The notes under the pieces: model-generated | Told to the model about the DNA's origin: nothing | Seen by the model: only the letters and a program-made list of their open reading frames with translations | Databases searched by the model: none | Translations under genes and position numbers: made by a program | Shown: one piece after another, positions 27,878-39,046 of the stretch | Layout of the letters: every line of letters starts with the position of its first letter | Position numbering within the stretch: position 1 is the stretch's first letter | Assembly (NCBI GenBank): GCA_951406725.2 | Contig: OX597821.1 | Location: 15,066,001-15,130,000 of the forward strand | Length of the DNA stretch: 64,000 nt | Source: Octopus vulgaris | Lineage: Eukaryota | Reading direction: 5' to 3'

Positions 27878-28300
27878 GTATGGAATGACGGTTACGACGA
27901 CAGGGTTTCCAGTGGATCCGATCAGCGGAACAAGCTCCTCGTGAAATTGACGTGCAAGTGGCTGAACGCTCCACAGACACGTGTACCCTTAACGAAGTTC
28001 GCAGCGTGACACAGAATGTGACAAAGATGACCCATTGAAAGGCAGGTAATACTCAGTTTTTGGCATTTCAATAAACATGAAATAAAATGACCTACTGAAG
28101 GACACAACGCATCACCAGGAATTGAACACACCATCGTAAACTGATACTCTAACCAGTAAGCCACGCCCCTTCACAAGCTGTAGCATAACCGACTATGTAT
28201 CACTCTGCTACAGAAAGAATTAAAAAAAACGGCTGTCCATTGACATAGATATACATACAGACCAGAATATTGTGAACAGAGAGATCGAGAAAGTCAAGAA
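27540..28300 (+). pseudogene. R4/Dong-clade non-LTR retrotransposon C-terminal relic (zinc-knuckle region and REL endonuclease), split by a microsatellite and a SINE
   Basis: LKKQTKGLILAAQEQALQNN, IISGCSK, RHNKVAEHIHW before the insert; HNRLCITLLQK and IDIDIHTDQNIVNREIEK after it. These resemble the R4 motifs ETEG.I.AAQDQA, RHN.VA..IHW, HNRPDI and ID..IP.D.N...KE.EK. Confidence 0.75.
27880..28152 (-). mobile_element. Older diverged SINE family B-like copy
   Basis: ggttacgacgac..ctcgtgaaattgacgtg..cagacacgtgtacccttaacg tail plus a decayed tRNA head. Confidence 0.75.
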
Positions 28301-28708
28301 TAGCCACTCCAAGCGTGAAGTTTCAACCTTTCAGTCAAGGGAAGACAACTTCAGTGTGTCTGCATTAACCTTGGACCGATTGAACTTGATTGTCTCAAAA
28401 GAATCTTGATATCGAATAGGACTTTTCTCCCGAAACACACATTTATATTAATGCAGAAATAGACTAAAGGTTAGAAACAATTTTATAGAATTTACGGAAT
28501 TAAAATAGATTTAAATTAAGTTATCTTGGAAACCTGCTTTATCAAATTTCAGTTTTCAGATTCGGAGATTCGGGCTAACGATTCAGAACAATCTTAATTC
28601 GATGAAAAGAAATATTTTTCAACACACACAAACACACACGCTGGCACACACACACACACACCTACACATGTATAACATTATGTATGTATAAATGTATATA
28701 CAGTGTGA

Positions 28709-28756
<48 letters not shown>

Positions 28757-28959
28757 GTATATATATATGTATATATATATATATGTATTTATTTATATTA
28801 CTTCAACATCCAAACTTCCTCATTCTACATTGAGAGAAGAACGAGATGGACGCTTCATTTTTATGCTGTTGCCGCATTACGTCGTACGCGAATGAGAGGA
28901 CTTGCATCCCCAACCAAGAATTTTTGATGTAATACATGTCCTTGAAGAAGTAGTTCTGC

Positions 28960-29037
28960 GCGGCTGAAGAAGGCGACAGACGCACATTATGCATTGTTAT
29001 AAATCCGTCTAATAAAGGCCCGAAACATATGTACCAC
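28960..29037 (+). ncRNA. Type I hammerhead ribozyme motif
   Basis: GCGG-CTGAAGA-AGGC...GCCC-GAAA-CATATG-TA-CCAC: intact core, palindromic stem III ACATATGT, stem I with one mismatch, inner AGACG/CGTCT helix. Confidence 0.65.
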
Positions 29038-29146
29038 TGAATCTTTGGCATCATGTTTTTACTTTGATTAATTTACTCCACCACCTACACCACCAAACGG
29101 TATATACAGGTGCTTACAATTATCAAGTACTCACCCCGAATTTCTG

Positions 29147-29177
<31 letters not shown>

Positions 29178-29186
29178 GTATATATG

Positions 29187-29221
<35 letters not shown>

Positions 29222-29358
29222 GTGTGTGTGTGGTAAAACATTTTACCTTCGCCCATATAATACAATAAATGAATTAATTGGATCGCAATTCTTAACATTT
29301 ATGTATTAACTTTGTTGGGTGCTTCACTGGCAGAATATTGGATATATGTTATCCCATG

Positions 29359-29629
29359 GTGGGTTGCATTTACAACCCCTATCTCAATTTATATATATAT
29401 ATATATATATATAAATTGAGATAGGGGTTGTGAGTGCAACCCACGATCGTTAGCCCCTACACGCAATTTTTTTCTCTCCTTGTTTCTTTTCTGTGAATCT
29501 TTCTGTCGAAGAGCGTAGGCTCGAAACGTAAAAGACTTGTTTTATTTCTATTCCTGAGCTCCATACTAATACATTGTTTGTTTGTACTCCACCTGCCTTC
29601 GTCTTTTGTTTATTTTCGTAAACCTTCCC

Positions 29630-29630
<1 letters not shown>
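29359..29630 (+). mobile_element. Hairpin plus pseudo-LTR-like repeat with a variant hammerhead core
   Basis: Inverted repeat 29359-29444 centred on (AT)n; TCTTT-CTGTCGAA-GAGCGTAGGCTC-GAAA-CG-TA-AAAGA at 29498-29535; relatives at 42830-42971 (-) and 50085-50208 (+). Confidence 0.65.
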
Positions 29631-29687
<57 letters not shown>

Positions 29688-29727
29688 TTATATATATGTA
29701 TATATTTATATATATATTATATATATG

Positions 29728-29760
<33 letters not shown>

Positions 29761-29795
29761 GTATGTATATATATATATATTTATATATATGTATG

Positions 29796-29888
<93 letters not shown>

Positions 29889-29987
29889 GTATATATACTT
29901 TGATACTTTGATACTTTGATAGGTTTCGGCCATTATTGGCCCAGGCCATGTCTAACTTAATAGCACCACCTGGTGAAGTCTTTCAAG

Positions 29988-32900
29988 TCAGAATTTGGGC
30001 ACTATGGCCCACTCAAGTAGAGAGTTATTGTTTACAGAGACATATCCTGGTGTAGGGGGTTTATCCGGGATTTCTTGAAGGAATCTGTCCAAAGACTTCT
30101 TGAACCCTATAGGGTCAGTTTCTGCTTTAATGTGTTTTGGTGTAATGTTAAAGAGAGCGGGGCCAATTGAGGTGAAATAATTGTGCCGTATTGTTGTTAT
30201 CAGATGAGAGTGCGATTTTTGTTTTGGGCGGATGGCACGGGGCCCAAGCCTTGGATGTACCTTAAAGGTGATGCCAACATCATTTGGGCAATGCTGATGG
30301 AATATTTTCCACATCATGCAGATGATGTAGCGCTCACGACGACGTTGGAGAGAATAGAGTTTTAGCTTTTCTAGTCGACCCCAATAGTCGAGGCCTGTCA
30401 TGCCATCTATCTTTTTTGTGATTGCCCTTTGAGGTGCTTCAACTTTTATGATACCTTGTATTGTGTGGGGAGACCACAGTGGACAACAGTATTCAAGGTG
30501 GGGTCGGGCAAAAGTGGAGAAGAGAAGGATAATGGTGTGGATATCTCTCGACTGGAAAGTTCTGAGAATCCAGGAACACATTCTGCGGGCCATGTCAACT
30601 TTGGTGTTTATATGAGTGGCCCAGCTTATGTTGTTGTCCACAATTACTCCCAAGTCTCTGATGTTGTTGGACGCCGCGAGAGTTTCACCTGAAGGAAGGG
30701 AGTATGGGAGTTTCAGGGCATCCTCTTTTCCAAAGTGGATTAACTCAAATTTATCCTCGTTCAGCAGCATATTGTTTTTTTCTGCCCATTGGATAACAGC
30801 CAGTAGATCTGACTGAAGGCATGTCCGGTCACTCGCCTCATTTATGACCCTCTGTAGCTTGGAATCATCTGCAAAGATTTTTATGTTGCTGTGCTTGATG
30901 ATGTCATTAATGTCATTAATGTAAATGATGAAAAGAAGTGGGCCCAGCACAGTGCCTTGCTTTGGCTGGGCTTGATTTTACCCCTTCAACTACAACATGT
31001 TGAGATCTGTCTGTCAGGAAACACTTGATCCATTTCAGTAACTTTCCAGAGACACCAATGTTGGATAGTTTTTTCAATAGGATCTTGTGATCGACCCTGT
31101 CGAAGGCCTTACTGAAATCAAGGTAGATGACATCGGTGTTGGAGCCCTCTCCCAAAGCTCTCAAAATGTCCTCAAAGTGATGCAGGAGCTGCGTTAGGCA
31201 GTCCCTTCCATTACGGAACCCATGTTGGTTGGAGATCAGCCGTCTGTTGCTTTCCAGAAATTGGGTTATTCGAAATCTCACCACCCTCTCAAATACCTTG
31301 ATGATATGAGAGGTGAGTGAGATCGGACGGTAGTTCACTGCAAGGGACTTGTTTCCCTTTTTGAAAACTGGGACAACAGACTGGGACAGAAGGTTTTTTG
31401 GAATATAGCCAGCATCCAGTGAGTTTCTCCACAGATTAGCAAGGGGAGATGCAAGTTGGTGTCGACACACCTTCAGGACACAAGCAGGGAACCTATCGGG
31501 GCCTACTGCTGAATTGTGTTTTATTTCGTTTATCGCCGCTAAGACATCAGGGGCACTAAACGTTATGTCCGATATAGTGTGTTGGGGGTTGACATCACTG
31601 ATACAGCCCAGATCGGCCATATCAGGATTGCTGAAAACAGAGCAGTATTGTTTCTGCAGTATCTCGGCCATGGATTTGGCGTTATCTTGGAGAGTGCCAG
31701 TTTCATCAATTAGAGGGCCAACAATGGAGACAGTGACCCTGCGTTTCCTCGCAAATGAAAAGAACACTTTGGGGTTGAGTTTGATTTTTTCAATGGCCCA
31801 CTTCTCCTCAGCTGATCTTTGGTTATTTATGAGGGTCTTCATGCATTGTTGGAGGTTATATTTTTTGGATTCAAGCAGTGCGATAGCCGTCGAATGTGTG
31901 TGTTGCTGTTGGCAGTACTTTAGTTTGTTAATTTTTTTGTTTGTTCTTTTTATTTTTCTGATAATGGTTTTTCTGTTTTGGGGGATTCTGCACTTTTTGT
32001 TCACAGGTCTTGGTGGGGAGTGTTTTGCACATATGTCTGTGACGGTGTCTACAAAGATCTGCCAAGATGTTTTATGGTTGGTGGAGATGTGTGTATGTGT
32101 AAAGGACCAGTCAACATGTGATAGCTCGTTCCTGATTGCATCCCAGTTGGCATTATGGAGATCCATGTTGTCAATTGGGTGGGCTGGAGGGAGGTCACTA
32201 GGATTAGCTTTCGGCTGGTGGAATTTCATGTTACAGAGAACCATGTCATGGTCTGAAAGAAGGGTTTTTTCCACTGTAACGTTATGTATAGTGTTAGTGT
32301 GGTTACTAAACACTAGGTCCAAAATGTTCTGATGTCTTGTTGGTGCAAGGACAAGTTGGGACAAGAAAAACTCATTCGTAAAGTCGAAAAGTGACTCTGC
32401 TGCTTCTTTGTCAGCGGTTGAGGCGGGAGTGCTTGGTTTCAAACAGTTTGTAGTCCAGTCAACACAGGGTAGATTGAAGTCTCCCATCATGAGTAGGTTG
32501 CTAGAATGGCACTGTTGAATAAAGCACTTAATGCTGTTGAGGCATTCTTTAAAGCACAGTATGGGTGTTTGGGGCGGCCTATAGAGCCCAATTACTGCCA
32601 GGTCATTGGCTTTGTTGTGCACGGTGACTGATTCACAGTAGCCGTTGGAGAATATACTATTTCCATCTGCCGTAAACGAATCATGCAGGAAAATGGCAGT
32701 TCCACCCTTCCTTCTGCCGATACGATCCGCGCGGATGGTTGTGAAATTCTTCACTCTCACTTCGGCTTCCAAGTGGGAGTTGTCAAGGTGGGTCTCAGTG
32801 AGAATGAAGAAAGGGATGTGGTGTAGATGGTTACCAACCCAGTCTTCAATGAATTGGACCTTCCATTTTTGTGCATTGATGGAAGGGCTGACACCTTGTG

Positions 32901-33093
32901 CATTGAGTAGAAATGTGGAGGTTAGTTTAGTGGCTGGTTTTGACTGTTGCAGGGGGCTTGGATTTTTTGTGTGTGCTAGTGGCAGCAATGTGGGGAATTG
33001 GTGCACTGGGGTAATAGCATAGGATGGTGTTGAGTGATGGCTAGAATATTTTTGTGTATCTCTTTTGCCATGTTCAACATGGCTAAAAAAGAA
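29988..33093 (-). pseudogene. LINE ORF2: APE endonuclease and reverse transcriptase with one frameshift
   Basis: LTETHL, MGDFN, LDLVF, SDH, NYRPISLTS, QHGFR, YLDFSKAFD, QGTVLGP, FADD; frameshift at about 30960 where the usual V.SGVP before QG is missing (SSPAK-G-QGTVLG); no in-frame stops otherwise. Confidence 0.92.
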
Positions 33094-33540
33094 TTTTTGG
33101 CTGGAGGTGTGGTTGCACTGTTGGATAGGGTTGTAGTTTCCACATTTGTTGTTGTTGTTTTTGTGTCTTCCTGAAAAGACTGGACCAGCATTACTGCAGC
33201 ATAGTGTGTTTCTATTTTTATTTTTATTCAAGTTTGTGTGTTGGCTTGAATCCCCGTTTCTGTTTGTGCGTCGGGTCCCTGGAAGATGAGTGAAGGGACA
33301 GTCGCTCAGCAGACATGTTCTCTCACGTTGGGAATACCGGCAGATTTTGGGACTCCGAGTCGTGTGTGTTTTGAATTTCGATTTACTATTTGGTGGTGTT
33401 GATGTTATTGTGGGATGCGTGCTTTGGCCTTGGCCGGTAGTGCGTCTAGTGCCGGGTAGATGCGTGAAGATGCAGTCACTATTTGAGCAGAGTCTCTGGC
33501 GCAGTGAATAGCGGCATATTCTGGGGTTTCTTGTTTGTGC
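32976..33540 (-). CDS. LINE ORF1 C-terminal part with two C-x8-C-x4-C-x3-H zinc fingers
   Basis: [28 protein letters not shown] and [28 protein letters not shown]; continues via an apparent frameshift near 33215-33228 into THYAAVM...NSFLAML...stop at 32976. Confidence 0.75.
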
Positions 33541-33570
33541 CGTATATATATATGTATATATTTATATACG

Positions 33571-33666
<96 letters not shown>

Positions 33667-33691
33667 ATATGTATGTATATATATGTATATA

Positions 33692-33784
<93 letters not shown>

Positions 33785-33931
33785 GTATATATATATATGT
33801 ATATATATATATGTATGTATATATATATGTATGTATATATATATGTATGTATATATATATATATGTATGTATATATATATGTATGTATATATATATATAT
33901 GTATGTATATATATAAATATATATATGTATG

Positions 33932-33964
<33 letters not shown>

Positions 33965-34005
33965 ATGTATGTATATATATATTTATATATATATATATAT
34001 ATATG

Positions 34006-34048
<43 letters not shown>

Positions 34049-34080
34049 ATATATATTTATTATAATATATATATATATAT

Positions 34081-34132
<52 letters not shown>
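33541..34132. repeat. (TA)n/(TATG)n microsatellite
   Basis: Directly visible. Confidence 0.95.
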
Positions 34133-34135
<3 letters not shown>

Positions 34136-35512
34136 TGCATTCATACATATATATGTGTGTGTGTTGAAAAATATTATATATATATATACATATAAGCACC
34201 ATATGTCTATAACAAGAAACGAAGACCAGGCACTTCAGATTATGACACAAAATGAATCCCAACCAAATTAAGGCATACCACACATATGTATGCAAATATA
34301 CCCCTCCCCAAATATATATCTTATATATAAATGTCATTTTCTATCCTTCTGTGTGCTACAATTTTGATGGCTAAACTAGCGAACAAAACTTTACCAAACT
34401 TTGCATACAAACTAACATCCAGTTCAATTAAAGGCTAATCGGATTTCATTAAAATCTATAGTTGGCCCCCAGCGGGGTTGAGCAAATTGTATGATAAAAA
34501 GAGAAGGGTGCAAAGAGCATTAGTGTGAGGGAAATGTGGTGGCAGAGTGAGTGTGGCAGATATCAGAGAAGGGGCGAACAACGTTGTGTTAGCGACAAAT
34601 ATGGAATAGCAGTGGGATGATAACGTTAATACAGCTGTTATATAAGCGTACTTTCGTAAATACACACACACACACACATGCATGCATATAAGTAACCTTT
34701 TAAACGCCAAGGAAGAGAAAAAGGGTGGATGTGAGGAATACGTAGCTTTAAGGAGTAAGAGGTTCAGTGGCTTTTCTTCTGGCCATCGCAAAGAAACACT
34801 CAAACACACAAACACACACACACACACACACACGTATATACTTATATACGTACATACTTATGTTTGCTTTACACAATTTTAAACTCGAGATTACCTGTTT
34901 GTACGTTTGTAAATTTCTATGTGAGTGTGTGTGTGCGTGCGATGTCCTATAACTGTCTATCTCTCTACCTTTCTAGGACCTTCCATGCTGCTGTCAAATA
35001 TAGTGAAATTTTGAAATTTCGTCAGAATTTTCAAATTTGGTATATTGAAATAATTTTCCACGTTAATTCCTGAAAAATTGCAGAAAAAGGCTACTGAGGT
35101 TTAAAGTTTAATCAATTTTACCTAATTAGAAAACTGGATTTGGAAGCTTGCATTTTCTGTAAGATAGCTGTCTATCACTAAATGAAAGCAAAATCATTAG
35201 GAAGAGGAATTATTATTAAACAAACGACAGCAAAGCGTTATGATGACCAAAGCTGTAAGAACTTCTGAAGTTTTAATAAGTTTTAATGAATAAAGTCATG
35301 TGAAACGGTGGAAGAGACATGTAAAAATTTTAAAAGGAAAAGAAACACTCAACGAAGTTTTTTTGCGAAAAATTGCACAAATCTGTCCTGGTCAAGAGGC
35401 ATGGTCTAACATGGAATAAACAAAAATATATATAAGGCCTTTCATTGTAAAAATTGCACGCAACAATGGGCTATTCAGCTACATACATATATATGTGTAT
35501 GTGTGTGTGTGT

Positions 35513-35817
35513 GAGGCGCAATGGCCCAGTGGTTACGGCAGCGGAGTCATGTTCGTAGAATCGCGGTTTCGATCCCCAGACCGGGCGTTGTGAGTGTTTA
35601 TTGAGCGAAAACACCCAAAGCTCCACAAGGCTCCGGCAGGGGATGGTGGCGATCCCTGCTGTACTCTTTCGCCACAACACCTTTCTCTCACTCTTTCCTC
35701 TGTTGGCCTGCTCGCTTAGCCAGCGGGGAGGCGTCATTTGAAGGCTATAATAATACGAAGCGCATTTGACCAGCGATGTGTGGCAACATTTGATAGCCTG
35801 GTCGGTCACATGATCAG

Positions 35818-35822
<5 letters not shown>
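35513..35822 (+). mobile_element. SINE family A
   Basis: A box TGGCCCAGTGG, B box GGTTTCGATCCCC, tail type 1. Confidence 0.9.
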
Positions 35823-35864
<42 letters not shown>

Positions 35865-37220
35865 ACACACCTACAACACACATACATATACTGGCATAAC
35901 TGCATATATGTAAGCATACAAATGAATATACCTATATACATACATATGTGTGTAAGTGTTTGTACGTATGTGTTTTTGCCTGTGTGTATCAGCGTATGTG
36001 TAGGCATCTATACAAAACAGCACAAAGACACACAGAAAGAAACACTGAGATTTGTACCAACGGAGAGAACATTATAGATAAAACTGATTTTAGTTTGGTG
36101 TTGAAGCATTAGTATTTTTCGTAAATTTGATTTAAAAGTTTAATAATTTAGTATTTACGAAAACAATTTAGTTACTGCTAAGCTGAAGGTTAAATGAACG
36201 AAAGTCAGAAAGAGAAATCAGATTTACTACACTGAGACCCAGTAATTGTTAGCTGTTTGTACACTCTCGTAGATTCAACTTTATGTATTTTTTTCAGGTT
36301 ATGCATAAATCGAAAAACTGTGAGAAGCGGCCAAGTTAACAACGAGCACCTAATGCACTGAAAGTAATGATTATTTTCTATCGCTGGCACACTGCTGCTC
36401 GCACACACAAATATACATTCGTAGATATATAAATATTAGAAATGTTTTAAAGCAAAATAATCCCAGTTAAAAGTATATATACAACATACATGAATATTAA
36501 AACGCTATGTAATAGTACTAACCACCGACCTTAATTTTTAATATGTATTGCTTTGCTTTAAAAAAGATCAATCAAATATTTATATATATCAGACAATGGT
36601 TCATGAAACGTACACTACTATAATATGTATATATGTATGCACGCGTGTGTATGTGTGTATAGATATGTATATATATGCACATGTATATATGTATATATAA
36701 CACACACACATATACATTTGTACATTCACACACACACATATGATTCTCGGTCAGGCTTATGTCAGTGAAATTGGTAAAACAAATGCGCAACCGGTCTTAA
36801 ATACACGTGTGTGGCTGTGTTAGCATTCTTAGCGTGACTGAAGTTGCGACAAACACAGTCCACTATAATCGCTACGACACCATAAGATAAGTATTGAGAG
36901 CTCTGTTATTGACCTGAATTTTCCAAAGTGCTGTTCCTCCAAGGCCGCAATTCCATGATTGACACAAATGAAAGCAAATCTTAATTTTTACACACACACA
37001 TGCGCACACGTGCATACACGCACACGCACACACACACACACACACAATTTCTTTTGCGCATTTTGCGATTAAGCGTAAATGAAATTTCAAAGGTACCTTT
37101 TTTTCTTTAAAATGTCCAATTTTAACACTTAAAGCAGTTACCCACGTCCATACCGAAATAATGTTCAAGATGTTATAAACATGCACACATAAGTATAGGT
37201 TTACATAGTGTATATATATA

Positions 37221-37259
<39 letters not shown>

Positions 37260-38033
37260 TACATTTTTAAGCATAGTCTTGTGAAAGCATTAGCGATCAT
37301 TTAGAAGTCTTCTAAAACCTTTGAGATCGAATTGGTAAACCTTCTCCTTGACTATGACTGTCTTAATGGTGCTTTGACACCAGGTGTATTGATCAGAATA
37401 TATTCACTTACACCTAAAAGCGCAGCCTACCCACGAACTAGTAAAACCCAAAGGCTGCGTATGCGTGTTCGATATTGTTTATATCTCTCGAGCTGTTTCT
37501 AATTGATGCAGATATGAAAATCGTTCAGAGCCGGAAACCTCCAACATGTAATGATTCCCAGTAAACCGATGAAAACCTCGATGCTGTAGGCAATGCAGAT
37601 TAAAGTGGATGAACGTAATATAGATGATGAGAGGAATGATTTGGGAGTATCTGAGAGGATGTAGTACGAAAGCAGCAAAACCGGCGGAGAGATCTCAGAA
37701 AGAAAGAAAATGCGGTGCTGGTCAGCATTTGACTAGCGACTTCACAGTAAGCTGAAGGCGTTTTCAACTATCAAATAAAATTATGTAGATACACAAGAAA
37801 TTTCGAAATCGGTATTAGTGTAGTTAGGATCGACGTAAATAATAAAATTAAATATACACATACTTACGGAGTTACATATTCATAAACATACACGTATATA
37901 CATATTAAAATTATATACCTGTCTTTGTTTTTAACGTTAATAACAGTAAACGTTATATCGGTGTTGCCAAGGCTGTTATAGTCTTTACAATTACAATAGT
38001 TTCTTTGAAGTAAAATCGAAATCAATGGACAGC

Positions 38034-38070
38034 ACTTACCTGCAAAAAGAAAAAAAAAATTATTCAGTAC
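38034..38070 (-). promoter_or_regulatory. Candidate recursive splice site (3' splice site abutting a 5' splice site)
   Basis: Minus strand GTACTGAATAATTTTTTTTTTCTTTTTGCAG|GTAAGT. Confidence 0.45.
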
Positions 38071-38968
38071 ATGTTGGAAAAATGTAATTAATAATATCTT
38101 GAACATGTAAACTGAAAAATACATTGTTAAGTTGTGTAGGAAGTGATTTTGCAAAGTGTGTTATATTTTATTTGACTAGCAATAAGAAGTATATTTGGTG
38201 AATTTTTAACTTTCTAAGCAAAATATTAAACTGAGCAAATGTGGTAACTAACTTTCTTAATCATAAAGCCTGATTGTTTTTATAAGGATATGACAACTGA
38301 CGTTACAAAACTTAGGTACCAATCGATATATAAGTTTAACAATTAAACAACCAGAAACTAAACAAAGTGCCGAGATACGTAACTTATTTTAAACTGCAAG
38401 TCATTTCCATTTTTAATACCCCTGTTTGTGGAAAGGACGAATTTAGTGCGGGTGAAATTATACACCGGCTATTTTGCATAGTTTAATGAGTGTGGAAGAC
38501 TACAGTTGTTCATCACTGTTATGTTACTGGAAACATAATTCCAAAAATACTGTTCAAATAATGAATGAACTCTACCTAAATCTAAGTATTATGTAAACGA
38601 GGGTACATAAAAAATAAGTTGGACAAGGGCGGTCATTTAAGCAAACGGCACAGCCCGCCTGGTAAATTTTCTTCACTGTGTCAGTTAAATTTTATGTTAA
38701 ATACACAACTTAGTCCAGTAGACTAAGTTGAATCAAGCACCGGAAATTATACCTGGCTGTATGTGCCACTGCTCATGTTCTGTGCAAGGAAAACACGTGT
38801 AGGTCGTCGTAACCATAAAAATATGCTGTATTACATTGTAGAATATAAGGAAATTTTGAGTATGTACCAGTCTCCATATCCTCTATCGTTATAATTATTG
38901 CACACACACACAAACACACATATGCAGAGAGAGAAAAAGAGAGAAGGAGAGGGAGAGAGAGACATTGA

Positions 38969-39046
38969 GAAAGAAAGAAAGGAAGGAAGGAAGGAAGGAA
39001 GGAAGGATGGATGGATGGATGGATGGATGAATAGATAGATAGATAG
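38969..39046. repeat. (GAAA)n(GGAA)n(GGAT)n(GATA)n compound microsatellite
   Basis: Directly visible. Confidence 0.9.

Larger units (their letters stand above)
29898..33540 (-). mobile_element. CR1-type LINE, 5'-truncated within ORF1, inserted in (TA)n
   Basis: APE plus RT ORF2, 3' tail of the 8-bp repeat (TATCAAAG)3, zinc-finger ORF1 remnant, (TA)n on both flanks. Confidence 0.93.

Noticed and set aside
31514-33022. 272-aa and 125-aa plus-strand ORFs
   Set aside because: Antisense shadows of LINE ORF2; the same applies to the plus-strand ORFs over the RTE at 54.5-56.5 kb
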